Numbered from the stretch's first letter, positions 1 to 9,367 are shown. The stretch: 41,005 nt of DNA from Gammaproteobacteria bacterium (GCA_963422205.2 CAXMWX010000010.1:1-41005); one strand, 5' to 3'. Notes: generated from the sequence alone by a model not told the origin. A program made the numbers and translations.

Positions 1-1
1 G

Positions 2-205
2 ATTGAGGTGAGCGCCCGGCGGGCAGAACAGCATCCCCGGGTTTTTACCGAGATCAACGTGCATTTCAAGTTTAGCGGTACTGCGCTGAAGGCCAGACAA
101 ATCGAGCGGGCAATCGCCTTATCGGCAGAGAAATACTGCTCGGCTTCGATCATGCTGGGCGAGACGGCAAGGCTGAAGCACAGCTATGAGATCCTCACGC
201 CATGA
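2..205 (+). CDS. OsmC/YhfA family protein, C-terminal part (5' end outside window)
   Basis: P.VFT.I.VHF and RAIALSAEKYCSASIMLG, typical of the YhfA/OsmC C-terminus; frame open from the window edge. Confidence 0.85.
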   Translation: MEVSARRAEQHPRVFTEINVHFKFSGTALKARQIERAIALSAEKYCSASIMLGETARLKHSYEILTP

Positions 206-266
206 TCTGTTTGCCGGGCTGGCACAGCACCGTCGGGGGTAATTGCCCGATGGCGGTATATGCAGA

Positions 267-515
267 TCAGATACGACGGGGTGCCTCAGCACGGCGAATA
301 TAACATCGGATCAGCTCGCTGGTTTCTTCCATCTGGATAATGTCATGCCCTGTGCGGGCGCAATAGGCTTGAAAATCTATAGTGGCGTGCGTGTCCGTGG
401 CTTCCACACAGAGGATTTCGCCGGCCTGCATTTTATTTAATTCGAGCTTGGCCTTTAATACCGGCAACGGGCAGTTCAAGCCCCTGGCATCGAGAAATTT
501 ATCGTATGGCGGCAC
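267..515 (-). CDS. tusA: TusA/SirA family sulfur carrier protein
   Basis: LDARGLNCPLPV (CPxP motif), 82 aa, GTG start. Confidence 0.9.
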   Translation of the reverse strand: MPPYDKFLDARGLNCPLPVLKAKLELNKMQAGEILCVEATDTHATIDFQAYCARTGHDIIQMEETSELIRCYIRRAEAPRRI

Positions 516-533
516 GGCAGAAGATCGCCGTAT

Positions 534-1595
534 TCAACGATTATGTCGGCGTTGTTGCACGGCAGCGGCCAGCCGCTCCAGCATAGGCTCGGTCATCTCC
601 CAGGAGATGCAGGCATCGGTGATGCTTTGACCGTAAACCAGCCCCTTGCCTGCGTTGTGTTTTTGCTTGCCGGCCTTTAAGTGGCTTTCGATCATCACGC
701 CAAAGATCGGCGGCGATCCCTCGCTGAGTTGTGTGCAAATATCATCGACTACCACGGCTTGTTTTGTGTAATCCTTGCGGCTGTTGCCATGACTGCAATC
801 GATCATGAGCAGGTTATTTACACCGGCAGCAGTGAGGTTCTTGTGCGTCTCACTCACAGATTGGCTGTCATAGTTTGGCCCCCTGGCACCGCCCCGCAAT
901 ATAATATGGCAGGCATCGTTGCCTTTGGTCTCGACAATCGCCGAGATGCCTTGCTTGGTGACCGAAAGAAACCGGTGTGCATGTTGGGCCGCACGAATCG
1001 CATCAATGGCGATTTGTGTATTGCCGTCCGTGCCATTTTTGAATCCCATCGCCATGGACATGCCAGAGGCCAGCTCTCTGTGCACCTGGCTTTCGGTGGT
1101 TCTGGCACCGATGGCGCCCCAGGAGATGAGATCGGCGATGAACTGTGGTGTGATGGTATCGAGAAATTCCGAACCTGCCGGCACCCCGAGGTTGTTCAAG
1201 TCCAGTAATAATCGGCGTGCCAGGCGCAGCCCGGTATTGATATCGAAGCTGTCATCGAGATGCGGATCATTAATCAGCCCCTTCCAGCCGACAGTGGTGC
1301 GCGGTTTTTCAAAATATACCCGCATGATGATCAGCAGGTCGGCCTGGTATTTTTTTATGGCCGTTGCTAGATGCGAACCGTATTCAAGGGCCGCATCAAT
1401 GTCATGGATAGAGCAGGGGCCAACCACCACCAGCAGGCGGTCATCCACCCCTTGAATGATATCGGTGGCTTGTTGCCGACCTGCCGAGACCAGGGCGGAT
1501 GCCGCTTCGGTGATCGGCAACTCCTCCATGAGGATGGCCGGTGGCAACAGGGGCCTGAGCCCACTGATACGCACATCATCTGTGATATGAAACAT
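534..1595 (-). CDS. DAHP synthase, class Ia (copy 1)
   Basis: GPCSIHD, RVYFEKPRTTVGWKGLINDP, IGARTTESQVHRE, GFKNG, DCSHGNS, YGQSITDAC; isoenzyme (aroF/G/H) not assignable. Confidence 0.95.
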   Translation of the reverse strand: MFHITDDVRISGLRPLLPPAILMEELPITEAASALVSAGRQQATDIIQGVDDRLLVVVGPCSIHDIDAALEYGSHLATAIKKYQADLLIIMRVYFEKPRTTVGWKGLINDPHLDDSFDINTGLRLARRLLLDLNNLGVPAGSEFLDTITPQFIADLISWGAIGARTTESQVHRELASGMSMAMGFKNGTDGNTQIAIDAIRAAQHAHRFLSVTKQGISAIVETKGNDACHIILRGGARGPNYDSQSVSETHKNLTAAGVNNLLMIDCSHGNSRKDYTKQAVVVDDICTQLSEGSPPIFGVMIESHLKAGKQKHNAGKGLVYGQSITDACISWEMTEPMLERLAAAVQQRRHNR

Positions 1596-1683
1596 AGTGT
1601 ATTTTCAGCAATAAAGGCGGGCAGTATACCTCAAGCCGATGTTTTATTGATCTATTGCCGGGATCGATCAGCGGGCTGCTCAT

Positions 1684-2976
1684 CTAGGGGCTGGCAAAAC
1701 TGTCACGATGGATATTGCGATACCAGCTACGGGCATGGTCTGCTTCAGCCCGCCGAACCGCCCCGGCAGCGCGCAGCGGGCTTAAGCCGCCGGCCTGCTG
1801 GATGAGTTTAATCCGCTGCTCTTCATATCTGAACATGGCATTGATCGATATGCCATAATCAGGCGCCACCAGGCTGTAACAGGTGTTATGGTAAACCATC
1901 TCGCCGGGCGGCCTGTCGGCCAGCAGATTGACGACTGCCAGGCTGCACACCTTCGCCTGACTGTTGGCCGAGGAGGCCGATTTGGGCATGGCACCGGCAA
2001 TACAGCTATCGCCTATGATATGGATATTGGGAATGTGCAATGATTCAAAGGTTTGATGATTCACCGGACACCAGCCGCTCTCATCCGTCAGCCCGCTGTC
2101 CACGGCCAGTCTGCCCGCCTGTTGAAAGGGAATGACGTTGCCCACATTCACCCGGAACCGGCCCGCCTCGGCCTGTATCTGCATTTTCTTCGCATCCACG
2201 GCCAGCACCAGGCCGCCGGCCGAGATGGGGATGCGCTCTATCAGGTTGGGATAGCGTTGTTGCCATGCCTCTTCAAACAGGTCTTGCTTGGAGAAGTGCT
2301 CATTGGCATCTAAGAGCAGGATTTTTGCGCGTGGCTTGTGCTGCGTCAGGTAATAGGCGATCAGGCTGGCGCGCTCATAGGGGCCGGGCGGGCAGCGAAA
2401 CGCCGGGCCGGGCACCACGATGCAGATGAGGCCACCATCCGGCATCGCCCGTAACTGCTGCCGCAATAACAGGGTCTGCTCGCCGCCCTGCCAGGCGTGT
2501 GGCATGCGCCTGGCGGCTTCTCTGTCATAGCCTGAAAAGATATGATTCCAGCGAAAACTGATGCCGGGCGATAACACCAGGCGCTCATAGTGCAGTTGGC
2601 CCCCACCGGACAGTTGCACTGTCTTTTTGTCCGGGTCAATGCCCTCAGCCGTGTCGTGAATGAGCCGCACACCGGCATTTTTTGCCAGGCCGGTATAGCT
2701 GTGTCTGATGATGCTGGCCGGTTCTATGCCAGCGATGACCGGGTTGCTGAACGGGCAGGAATAATAGTAGCGCTCTGGGGTCAGCAGGGTGACATGCAAA
2801 TCGGGGTTAAAGTAGCGCAGGTACCTAGCGCAGCTCGCCCCGCCGTAACCCCCGCCGATGACAACGATATGGGCGGGGGTATTGCCTCGCACCGCACAGG
2901 ATGATAGCGATGGCGAGAGCACACCAGCACATAGCAGAGGATGGGCGATAGTGCGTAAAAACTGCCGTCGTTTCAC
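1684..2976 (-). CDS. fccB: Flavocytochrome c sulfide dehydrogenase, flavoprotein subunit
   Basis: Twin-arginine KRRQFL, VVIGGGYGG FAD motif, YYSCPFSN, RCPPGPYERASL, MPKSA, NTCYSLV. Confidence 0.92.
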   Translation of the reverse strand: MKRRQFLRTIAHPLLCAGVLSPSLSSCAVRGNTPAHIVVIGGGYGGASCARYLRYFNPDLHVTLLTPERYYYSCPFSNPVIAGIEPASIIRHSYTGLAKNAGVRLIHDTAEGIDPDKKTVQLSGGGQLHYERLVLSPGISFRWNHIFSGYDREAARRMPHAWQGGEQTLLLRQQLRAMPDGGLICIVVPGPAFRCPPGPYERASLIAYYLTQHKPRAKILLLDANEHFSKQDLFEEAWQQRYPNLIERIPISAGGLVLAVDAKKMQIQAEAGRFRVNVGNVIPFQQAGRLAVDSGLTDESGWCPVNHQTFESLHIPNIHIIGDSCIAGAMPKSASSANSQAKVCSLAVVNLLADRPPGEMVYHNTCYSLVAPDYGISINAMFRYEEQRIKLIQQAGGLSPLRAAGAVRRAEADHARSWYRNIHRDSFASP

Positions 2977-3287
2977 TTTACTGTATCAGCATGTAGCTGT
3001 TCAGCAAGCCGATAGATGTCCTCATCGTCAAGTGCCTTGGCAATGCGGTTCATGATGGTGGCGGCCTGTCTGTCGTACTTGTAATCCAGTAATATCCGGG
3101 CAATCTCATCGGCGCTGGCATTGTCGAGGACATTGTTTAGGGCAGGGATGCTCATCGGCTCTGAAGCGGCCACCGCATGGCAGGTATAGCAGGTGACCTT
3201 GATCAGTTCAATGCGCTGATCTTCGGTGCGGTCAGCGGCGGTGGCGGCCCGCACCACAAGCAGGAAAAACAGGAGAATCAGTCGCAT
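2973..3287 (-). CDS. fccA: Flavocytochrome c cytochrome subunit (monoheme)
   Basis: Signal peptide, single CYTCH, ATIMNRIAK axial-Met motif; overlaps the fccB start by 4 nt. Confidence 0.85.
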   Translation of the reverse strand: MRLILLFFLLVVRAATAADRTEDQRIELIKVTCYTCHAVAASEPMSIPALNNVLDNASADEIARILLDYKYDRQAATIMNRIAKALDDEDIYRLAEQLHADTVK

Positions 3288-3395
3288 ATCTATCTCATTA
3301 CCGGGTTAATGTCGTGTGCAGTTTATCTGTAACGCCCATACCAGTGAAGTGGCCAGTGAAGATGCGCTCTGCTGTTAGTGTATGCAATCAGCAGT

Positions 3396-3412
3396 ATGTT
3401 ATACTATAACGT
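3396..3412. promoter_or_regulatory. Zur box (palindromic operator)
   Basis: ATGTTATACTATAACGT matches the proteobacterial Zur core TGTTATA-n-TATAACA; about 30 nt upstream of the zur ATG at 3444. Confidence 0.85.
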
Positions 3413-3443
3413 TCAGCAACAGCGATTGTTCAGCCATAAAACC

Positions 3444-3962
3444 ATGACTCAGATAAAAACCCAGGCGAGTATCGAGACCAATGTCTTGCGAGAGTTTACC
3501 CCGGCCCGGCACCGGCATCGGGGCTGCATCAGCGCAGCATTGCGTAAGGCGGAGGTGGCCTGCAAAGAACAGGGGATACGCCTGACCGCCTTGCGCCGGC
3601 GTGTGTTTGAACTGGTCTGGGCCAGCCATGAACCGGTCAAGGCGTATGATATTTTGCAGGTATTGCAGCGAGACCAGCCGCGGGCCGCACCCCCTACCGT
3701 CTATCGGGCGCTGGATTTCTTGCAGCTACAAGGCCTGGTGCACAAGATAGAATCGCTGAATGCCTATGTGGGCTGCGGTGCGCCCGGGCATCCGGAGTCT
3801 GGCGTATTTTTGATTTGTAGAAGTTGTGCCGAGATTGCCGAGCTTGACGATCCTGCCCTGAACAGCATGATCGTCAAGCTGGCCGCGCAGCTTGACTTTG
3901 CCACGGAAGATAAGGTGATGGAGATAAAGGGCTATTGCGCCAGGTGCAGCGGCCGGGGCTGA
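3444..3962 (+). CDS. zur: Zinc uptake regulator, Fur family
   Basis: RLTALRRRV, KAYDIL, APPTVYRALDFL, HKIESLNAY, CRSC and CARC; start moved to ATG 3444, downstream of the Zur box. Confidence 0.92.
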   Translation: MTQIKTQASIETNVLREFTPARHRHRGCISAALRKAEVACKEQGIRLTALRRRVFELVWASHEPVKAYDILQVLQRDQPRAAPPTVYRALDFLQLQGLVHKIESLNAYVGCGAPGHPESGVFLICRSCAEIAELDDPALNSMIVKLAAQLDFATEDKVMEIKGYCARCSGRG

Positions 3963-4765
3963 TGAGGGCCGGTTGCTTTGTGTTGTTATTTTTGGCGGCG
4001 AACTGCCTGGCCGCGGAGTTGCAGGTGTTTGTCAGCATCGCCCCGCAAAAATTTATTGTGCAGTCGATCGGTGCGGACACGGTTGCTGTGGAGGTCATGT
4101 TGCCCGCCGGTTACAGCCCCGAATTATACGAACCCCTGCCCCGGCAACTGGCGGCCTTGCAGATGGCTGATGTGTATTTTTTGATCGGCGTGCCGTTTGA
4201 ACGGCAGTGGCAGGCCGGGCAGCGACAGTCTGGCCGACTGCGGGTCGTTGAATGCTGTCAGCAACTGGTGGCGAACGATGACGATGATCCGCATATCTGG
4301 AACAACCCGCTCAACATGCGCCTCCATGCCGAACAGATCAAGCACACGCTACAGGCATTAAATCCCCCTCAACATGTACTGTATGAAGAGAACTTCATCC
4401 GGCTGGCAGCGGCACTGGATGCCTTGAACGTATACATTGCCAGACAACTGGAGGGGGTCGACAGGACGAGTTTTTTTGTCGTTCATCCCGCCTGGGGGCA
4501 TCTGGCAAGCGCCTATGGCCTGACCCAGTATGCGCTTGAGAGAAACCATGTACCAATCGGTCCCCGTGCCTTGACAGAGTTGATCAAGCTGGCAAGAGCA
4601 GAGAGGGCATCCATACTCTTTAGCCAGAGCACATATCACTCGGCGGCGGCCCGGGCCTTTGCCCGGGAGATCGAGGCGGAAATCGTCAGCCTGGATCCGC
4701 TGGCGGGTGATTATATCAACAACATGCAGTATGTGGCCGAGCAGTTCGCCAGGGCCTTACGGTAA
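3962..4765 (+). CDS. znuA: Zinc ABC transporter substrate-binding protein
   Basis: Signal peptide, VSIAPQ, SPxxYEP, DPHIW, VHPAWG, LDPLA; operon context. Confidence 0.88.
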   Translation: MRAGCFVLLFLAANCLAAELQVFVSIAPQKFIVQSIGADTVAVEVMLPAGYSPELYEPLPRQLAALQMADVYFLIGVPFERQWQAGQRQSGRLRVVECCQQLVANDDDDPHIWNNPLNMRLHAEQIKHTLQALNPPQHVLYEENFIRLAAALDALNVYIARQLEGVDRTSFFVVHPAWGHLASAYGLTQYALERNHVPIGPRALTELIKLARAERASILFSQSTYHSAAARAFAREIEAEIVSLDPLAGDYINNMQYVAEQFARALR

Positions 4766-4777
4766 GGCGTGACGATA

Positions 4778-5497
4778 ATGTCCGCCGGGATCTGTATCCG
4801 CTCGCTCAATTTTGCCTATAGCAAGCTGCCGGTGCTGGAGAATATCAACCTTGAGATTGAGGCCGAGGAGTTCTTTGGTCTGATCGGGCCGAATGCCGCC
4901 GGTAAAAGCACGCTGATTAAATTACTGCTTGGCCTGTTGATGCCTGACAGCGGCGAGATTCTGATCAAGGGCCAGCCACCGCTGAAGGCCAGGCATTTGC
5001 TTGGCTATGTGCCACAACACCCCACTTTCCCCTGTGATTTTCCGATCACCGTTGAGGAGGTCGTGATGTTAGGCCGGCAGAGCCCGACTTATGGCTGGTT
5101 TGACCGGCAGGACAGACAAGCGGCGCGGGTTGCCATGCAGGCGGTTGAAATTGCAGATATAGCCCGCCAGCCGATCAAAACGATTTCCGGCGGTCAGCGG
5201 CAGAGAATGCTGATCGCCAGGGCCTTAATCAGCCATCCTGAAATTCTGATACTCGATGAGCCAACGGCAAATATTGACTTGCAGGCAGAGGAGAGCATCT
5301 TCTCTTTACTCAAGCAGTACAACGATCATATCACCATCATTGTCATCTCCCATGATGTGGCGTTTATCTCCGAGTATGTGCATCGCGTGGGTTGTTTGAA
5401 CAAAACCTTAATCTGTCATGCCACGGCGGCGATTGACGGCAAGATAATAGCAGAGCTTTATGGCGGTGCGGTGAGGATGATTCAACATGTGCATTAA
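4778..5497 (+). CDS. znuC: Zinc ABC transporter ATP-binding protein
   Basis: GPNAAGKST, GYVPQ, ISGGQRQR, LILDEPT, SHD, CLNKTLICH. Confidence 0.9.
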   Translation: MSAGICIRSLNFAYSKLPVLENINLEIEAEEFFGLIGPNAAGKSTLIKLLLGLLMPDSGEILIKGQPPLKARHLLGYVPQHPTFPCDFPITVEEVVMLGRQSPTYGWFDRQDRQAARVAMQAVEIADIARQPIKTISGGQRQRMLIARALISHPEILILDEPTANIDLQAEESIFSLLKQYNDHITIIVISHDVAFISEYVHRVGCLNKTLICHATAAIDGKIIAELYGGAVRMIQHVH

Positions 5498-5506
5498 GCC
5501 GTCAGC

Positions 5507-6328
5507 ATGAGCGAGTTCTTCGCTGCATTGGTGCAACATCAGTTTTTGCAGCTGGCACTCATGGCCTGCATCCTGGCCAGCGTGGGTTGTGGCGCCATTG
5601 GCAGTTATGTGGTGGTTAAGCGTCTGGGTTTTCTGGCGGGCGGCATTGCCCATACGATACTGGCGGGCATGGGGATAGCGTATTATTTCGCCGGCTCACC
5701 GATGTCAGGTGCCATCATCTGTGCCATTGTTGCTGCCATACTGACCGGCATGATCAAACTGCGCTGGCGTCAGGATGAGGATATTCTGATTGCCGCTTTT
5801 TGGTCGGTTGGCATGGCCATTGGGGTGATTTTTATCTCCCGTACCCCCGGCTACAGTGTTGATCTCATGAGCTATCTATTTGGTAATATTTTGCTAGTGA
5901 CAAGGCGTGATCTTGTCTTGATGCTGGTGTTGGATGTGATCATCGTGCTGACGATAGTGATATTTTATAAGCAGATACTGATGACAGCGTTTGATGAGAC
6001 ATTTGCCCGCACCCTGAACATAAAAACCGAAGCCATCTATATCATGATGCTGTGCCTGATTGCCTTGACCGTGGTGTTATTGATTCAGATCGTTGGCCTG
6101 GTGCTGGTGATCGCCTTACTGGTATTGCCGGCGGCAAGCGCGGCCTTGTTTGCCACTTCCCTGCACCGGCTTATGCCACTGGCGATCATGTTTTCCATGC
6201 TGATCACCACCAGCGGCCTGGCCTTATCCTATCAGCCGAACCTGCCGGTCGGTGCCAGCATCATCGTGATTGCCGGGGTGTTTTACGGTATCGCTTTATT
6301 TGCCCATGCCCGTTTTTCCCGGCGGTAA
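5507..6328 (+). CDS. znuB: Zinc ABC transporter permease
   Basis: GSYVVVKR, GGIAH, DLMSYLFGNIL, multiple transmembrane segments. Confidence 0.9.
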   Translation: MSEFFAALVQHQFLQLALMACILASVGCGAIGSYVVVKRLGFLAGGIAHTILAGMGIAYYFAGSPMSGAIICAIVAAILTGMIKLRWRQDEDILIAAFWSVGMAIGVIFISRTPGYSVDLMSYLFGNILLVTRRDLVLMLVLDVIIVLTIVIFYKQILMTAFDETFARTLNIKTEAIYIMMLCLIALTVVLLIQIVGLVLVIALLVLPAASAALFATSLHRLMPLAIMFSMLITTSGLALSYQPNLPVGASIIVIAGVFYGIALFAHARFSRR

Positions 6329-6349
6329 ATACCGATGATGAGTCTTGTT

Positions 6350-7405
6350 CTACCGGCTGGCGGCCCTGGCCTGGGCAAGTTCATGGATCAATGAGGCGCT
6401 GTCCTCCCATCCCAGGCAGGCATCCGTGATACTCTGTCCATAGGTCAGCGTCCTGGCATCTGTCATATCCTGGCGTCCGGCGATGAGATTACTTTCAATC
6501 ATGACGCCGAATATCCGCTTCTCTCCGGCTTTGAGTTGCTGGCAAATATCCGCACCGACCTGTAATTGTTTTGCATGTTGCTTCTGGCTGTTAGCGTGGC
6601 TGAAGTCAACCATAATGCGTGCGGGCAGGCCGGCGGCGGCCAGTTCAGCGGCAGTCTGATTGATATGTGTCTTATCGTAGTTTGGCTGCCTGCCGCCGCG
6701 CAATATGAGGTGGCAGTCTGTGTTTCCTGTGGTGGTAAAAATAGCGGAATTACCCTCTTTACGCATGGATAAAAAATGGTGTGGCTGGCTGGCGGCACGA
6801 ATCGCATCAATGGCAATATTGATCCTGCCATCGGTGCCGTTCTTAAAGCCCACCGGACAGGACAGGCCAGAGGCCAGTTCACGGTGCAGCTGGCTTTCTG
6901 TTGTGCGTGCACCTATCGCCCCCCAGCTTACCAGGTCTGTCATGTATTGCGGGGTGAGGATATCCAGATATTCAGTGCCGGTCGGCATTCCCATGGCATT
7001 AAGATCCAGCAATAACTGCCGTGCCTTCCTTAGCCCTTTGTTGATCTGAAAGCTGTTGTCCAGATCAGGATCATTGATCAACCCCTTCCAGCCGATGGTG
7101 GTGCGCGGCTTTTCGAAATAGACACGCATGATGATCAACAGGCTTTCCTGATAGGTGTGTTTCAGTGTATTCAGTTTTTCCGCATAGTCTTTTGCCGCCT
7201 CGGTATCGTGTATGGAGCAGGGGCCGGAGACGACCAGCAGGCGCTCATCCTCGCCTTGCAGAATGGCATGTATGGCCTGTCTGGCCGCAAATGTCGTCCT
7301 CGCAGCTGCATCCGTGATGGCAATCTCTTCACAGATCTCCCGTGGCGGGGTGACTGCCTTGATGTCGGCGATGCGTAAGTCGTCAGTATCGTAATGCACT
7401 GTCAT
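6350..7405 (-). CDS. aroG: DAHP synthase, class Ia (copy 2, AroG-like)
   Basis: DDLRI, GPCSIHD, EKPRTTIGWKG, ELASGLSCPVGFKNG, DFSHANS, YGQSITDAC. Confidence 0.93.
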   Translation of the reverse strand: MTVHYDTDDLRIADIKAVTPPREICEEIAITDAAARTTFAARQAIHAILQGEDERLLVVSGPCSIHDTEAAKDYAEKLNTLKHTYQESLLIIMRVYFEKPRTTIGWKGLINDPDLDNSFQINKGLRKARQLLLDLNAMGMPTGTEYLDILTPQYMTDLVSWGAIGARTTESQLHRELASGLSCPVGFKNGTDGRINIAIDAIRAASQPHHFLSMRKEGNSAIFTTTGNTDCHLILRGGRQPNYDKTHINQTAAELAAAGLPARIMVDFSHANSQKQHAKQLQVGADICQQLKAGEKRIFGVMIESNLIAGRQDMTDARTLTYGQSITDACLGWEDSASLIHELAQARAASR

Positions 7406-7414
7406 CGGCCGGGT

Positions 7415-7756
7415 TTACCCCGGCGGCCAGGTGAATGAGCGCCCTGCCAGCAGATGCAAATGCAGGTGAAAGACGGTCTGCCCGGCCGCTGCACCATTGT
7501 TGACGACCAGACGATAGGCATCGCCAACGCCCAAATCCTCTGCCACCTTATTGGCCGTCAGCATCAAGTGACCCAGCAAGGTTTGATCGTCATGCTCAGC
7601 ATCAACCAGCCGGGCGATGGGCTTTTTGGGAATAATCAGGACATGCACAGGCGCCCTGGGGTTGATGTCCTTAAACGCCAGGCAAAGCTCATCCTCATAG
7701 AGGATATCTGCCGGTATGTCATGCGTGATGATTTTGCTGAAGATGGTCTCTGTCAT
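7415..7756 (-). CDS. hinT: Histidine triad nucleotide-binding protein
   Basis: TIFSKII, AGQTVFHLHLHLLAGR, WPPG C-terminus. Confidence 0.93.
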   Translation of the reverse strand: MTETIFSKIITHDIPADILYEDELCLAFKDINPRAPVHVLIIPKKPIARLVDAEHDDQTLLGHLMLTANKVAEDLGVGDAYRLVVNNGAAAGQTVFHLHLHLLAGRSFTWPPG

Positions 7757-7855
7757 CGTGTTTTTCTCGGTGATAGGGCAGACGAATTATAGGGAACTGC
7801 CCGCATAAAATACACTGTCTGTATAAGTCCATCACCTATTGCCCTTTTTGTTGTT

Positions 7856-7885
7856 CTGGATAGGTTTCGGCAAGCTCACCAACCA
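7856..7885 (+). repeat. REP-like repeat copy; 28/30 match to 9276-9305
   Basis: ctggataggtttcggcaagctcaccaacca vs ctggatagggttcggcaagctcatcaacca. Confidence 0.8.
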
Positions 7886-8021
7886 ATGTACTGCACCGGG
7901 GTTTGTCATCCCAGTCCCTTGTGTGGGCGCAGGCCATCGTATTTGACCAGCCAGCCTGTCTGCGTGAAGGGACGCACAGGCAGGACTGCTCTTGACTGGT
8001 GCGGTTAAAGCGCTCACAGAT

Positions 8022-8105
8022 GGTTCGACAAGCTCACCAGCCACGGCATTCATTTTGAGGGTTTTGGGATAGGTGTATAGATGGGCGATCTGGCTATCGT
8101 TGAGC
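8022..8105 (+). repeat. 84-bp direct repeat, copy 1
   Basis: Aligns ungapped to 9284-9367 with 9 mismatches by manual count. Confidence 0.9.
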
Positions 8106-8356
8106 AACTGGTCAAACGCGCCCTTGAACGTAACGCCGCCATCGGTAATCACCTGCTGAATGTGGAAGGGGGTCAACGTTCTGGCCGCCCGGCTGTTCCG
8201 TTTCGGCACCGCCAGGACTAAGGCATAGCCACTGACCTCATCAGTGCAACAGGTTTCTGAACTTATACAGCATTTGGCCTGCACGACTCAGACGGCAGGT
8301 TTTTAGCGATTCATGCCGTTTTGGTCAGTGCCTTTGTCTGCCTGCATCAATTCCAC

Positions 8357-9202
8357 CTATATCTCATAACCCAGGGCGGCGACCCGGTCACCGTGGTATT
8401 TTCTGAATTTGGCGATCAAACTTTCCGGCAGAACTTCCTTGTAGAGCCCCGGTCTTTGCTTCCAGAATAATTTCCCATCGACCCTGGTCTTTTCATTGGC
8501 GGCCAACAGCGCCTGCTCAAGCTGCTGTTTGGACTGCCCCAGCATATCGCACAGCGGCTGCATCGCCTCGACACCATTGGCCACCATATCCTCGTATTTA
8601 AGGCAGGCGACCGGCACCTCTCGCCCACCTTGTTCAACAACGTCCCTTCCAGTCCAGTACGCCATATGTTCAAACCAGTTGCCGAAGTTTCCCCAATTCA
8701 CCAGAGTGCCAAAAAGAATGAAGCAATCCAGAAAAATCTCAAGCGAACCGTTCGCAATCACCTCTTCAACCGATTTGACCGGCAGAAGGTATAAGCCTGC
8801 TGTCCCATTAACACCGTCACGAAGATAATTCAGGTAGGACAGGAAGACATCGAGCGGATGCCGCTTGATGTAGATGATGCCCCGATGGTTTATCTTCTGT
8901 AGCGCATTACGTGCAACGATCTCGCAACGATGGGATTTGTAAAACCTGACGGCCTGACCCCCCGCCCCGAGCTGGATCGGTCGTGCATCAAAGATAGGCC
9001 CCTGGTGCATGTCGGGGATATCTTTCGATACCTGCCGATGGTTAAATTCAAGGGAATACAGTTCGGCAATGATGTGCCGCATCCAGGTATTGCCGGATTT
9101 CGGAAATGAATAGATGCCGATATACGGAACATCGCGGCGCAGCTTTGATAATGTGAACTGCCATGCTAACTTTGACAGTTTCTTATATTTCTCAGAGAAC
9201 AT
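8357..9202 (-). CDS. PAPS-dependent sulfotransferase (Sulfotransfer_1-like)
   Basis: 5'-PSB SFPKSGNTW, KSH, 3'-PB YIKRHPLDVFLSY, W.EH..YW, LKYEDM. Confidence 0.88.
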   Translation of the reverse strand: MFSEKYKKLSKLAWQFTLSKLRRDVPYIGIYSFPKSGNTWMRHIIAELYSLEFNHRQVSKDIPDMHQGPIFDARPIQLGAGGQAVRFYKSHRCEIVARNALQKINHRGIIYIKRHPLDVFLSYLNYLRDGVNGTAGLYLLPVKSVEEVIANGSLEIFLDCFILFGTLVNWGNFGNWFEHMAYWTGRDVVEQGGREVPVACLKYEDMVANGVEAMQPLCDMLGQSKQQLEQALLAANEKTRVDGKLFWKQRPGLYKEVLPESLIAKFRKYHGDRVAALGYEI

Positions 9203-9283
9203 GAAAATTCCCCAGGTGGCCTGGGTGAACCTGGCAAATTGTATGCGTCCACCACATATTACACATTGTATTTTGCTGGATAG

Positions 9284-9367
9284 GGTTCGGCAAGCTCATC
9301 AACCACCGCATTCATTTTTGGGGTCTTGGGATAGGGGTATAGATGGGCGATCTGGCTATCGTTAAGC
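9284..9367 (+). repeat. 84-bp direct repeat, copy 2
   Basis: Second copy of 8022-8105, offset 1262 bp. Confidence 0.9.

Noticed and set aside
3378-3443. Longer zur N-terminus given in the ORF track
   Set aside because: It would run through the Zur box; ATG 3444 fits the family better
7832-8284. 150-aa minus-strand ORF, and the related 61-aa ORF at 9259-9444 sharing LNDSQIAHLY
   Set aside because: The shared peptide is just the antisense translation of the DNA repeat; REP-derived GELVEP/VRQAH words and no recognisable domain
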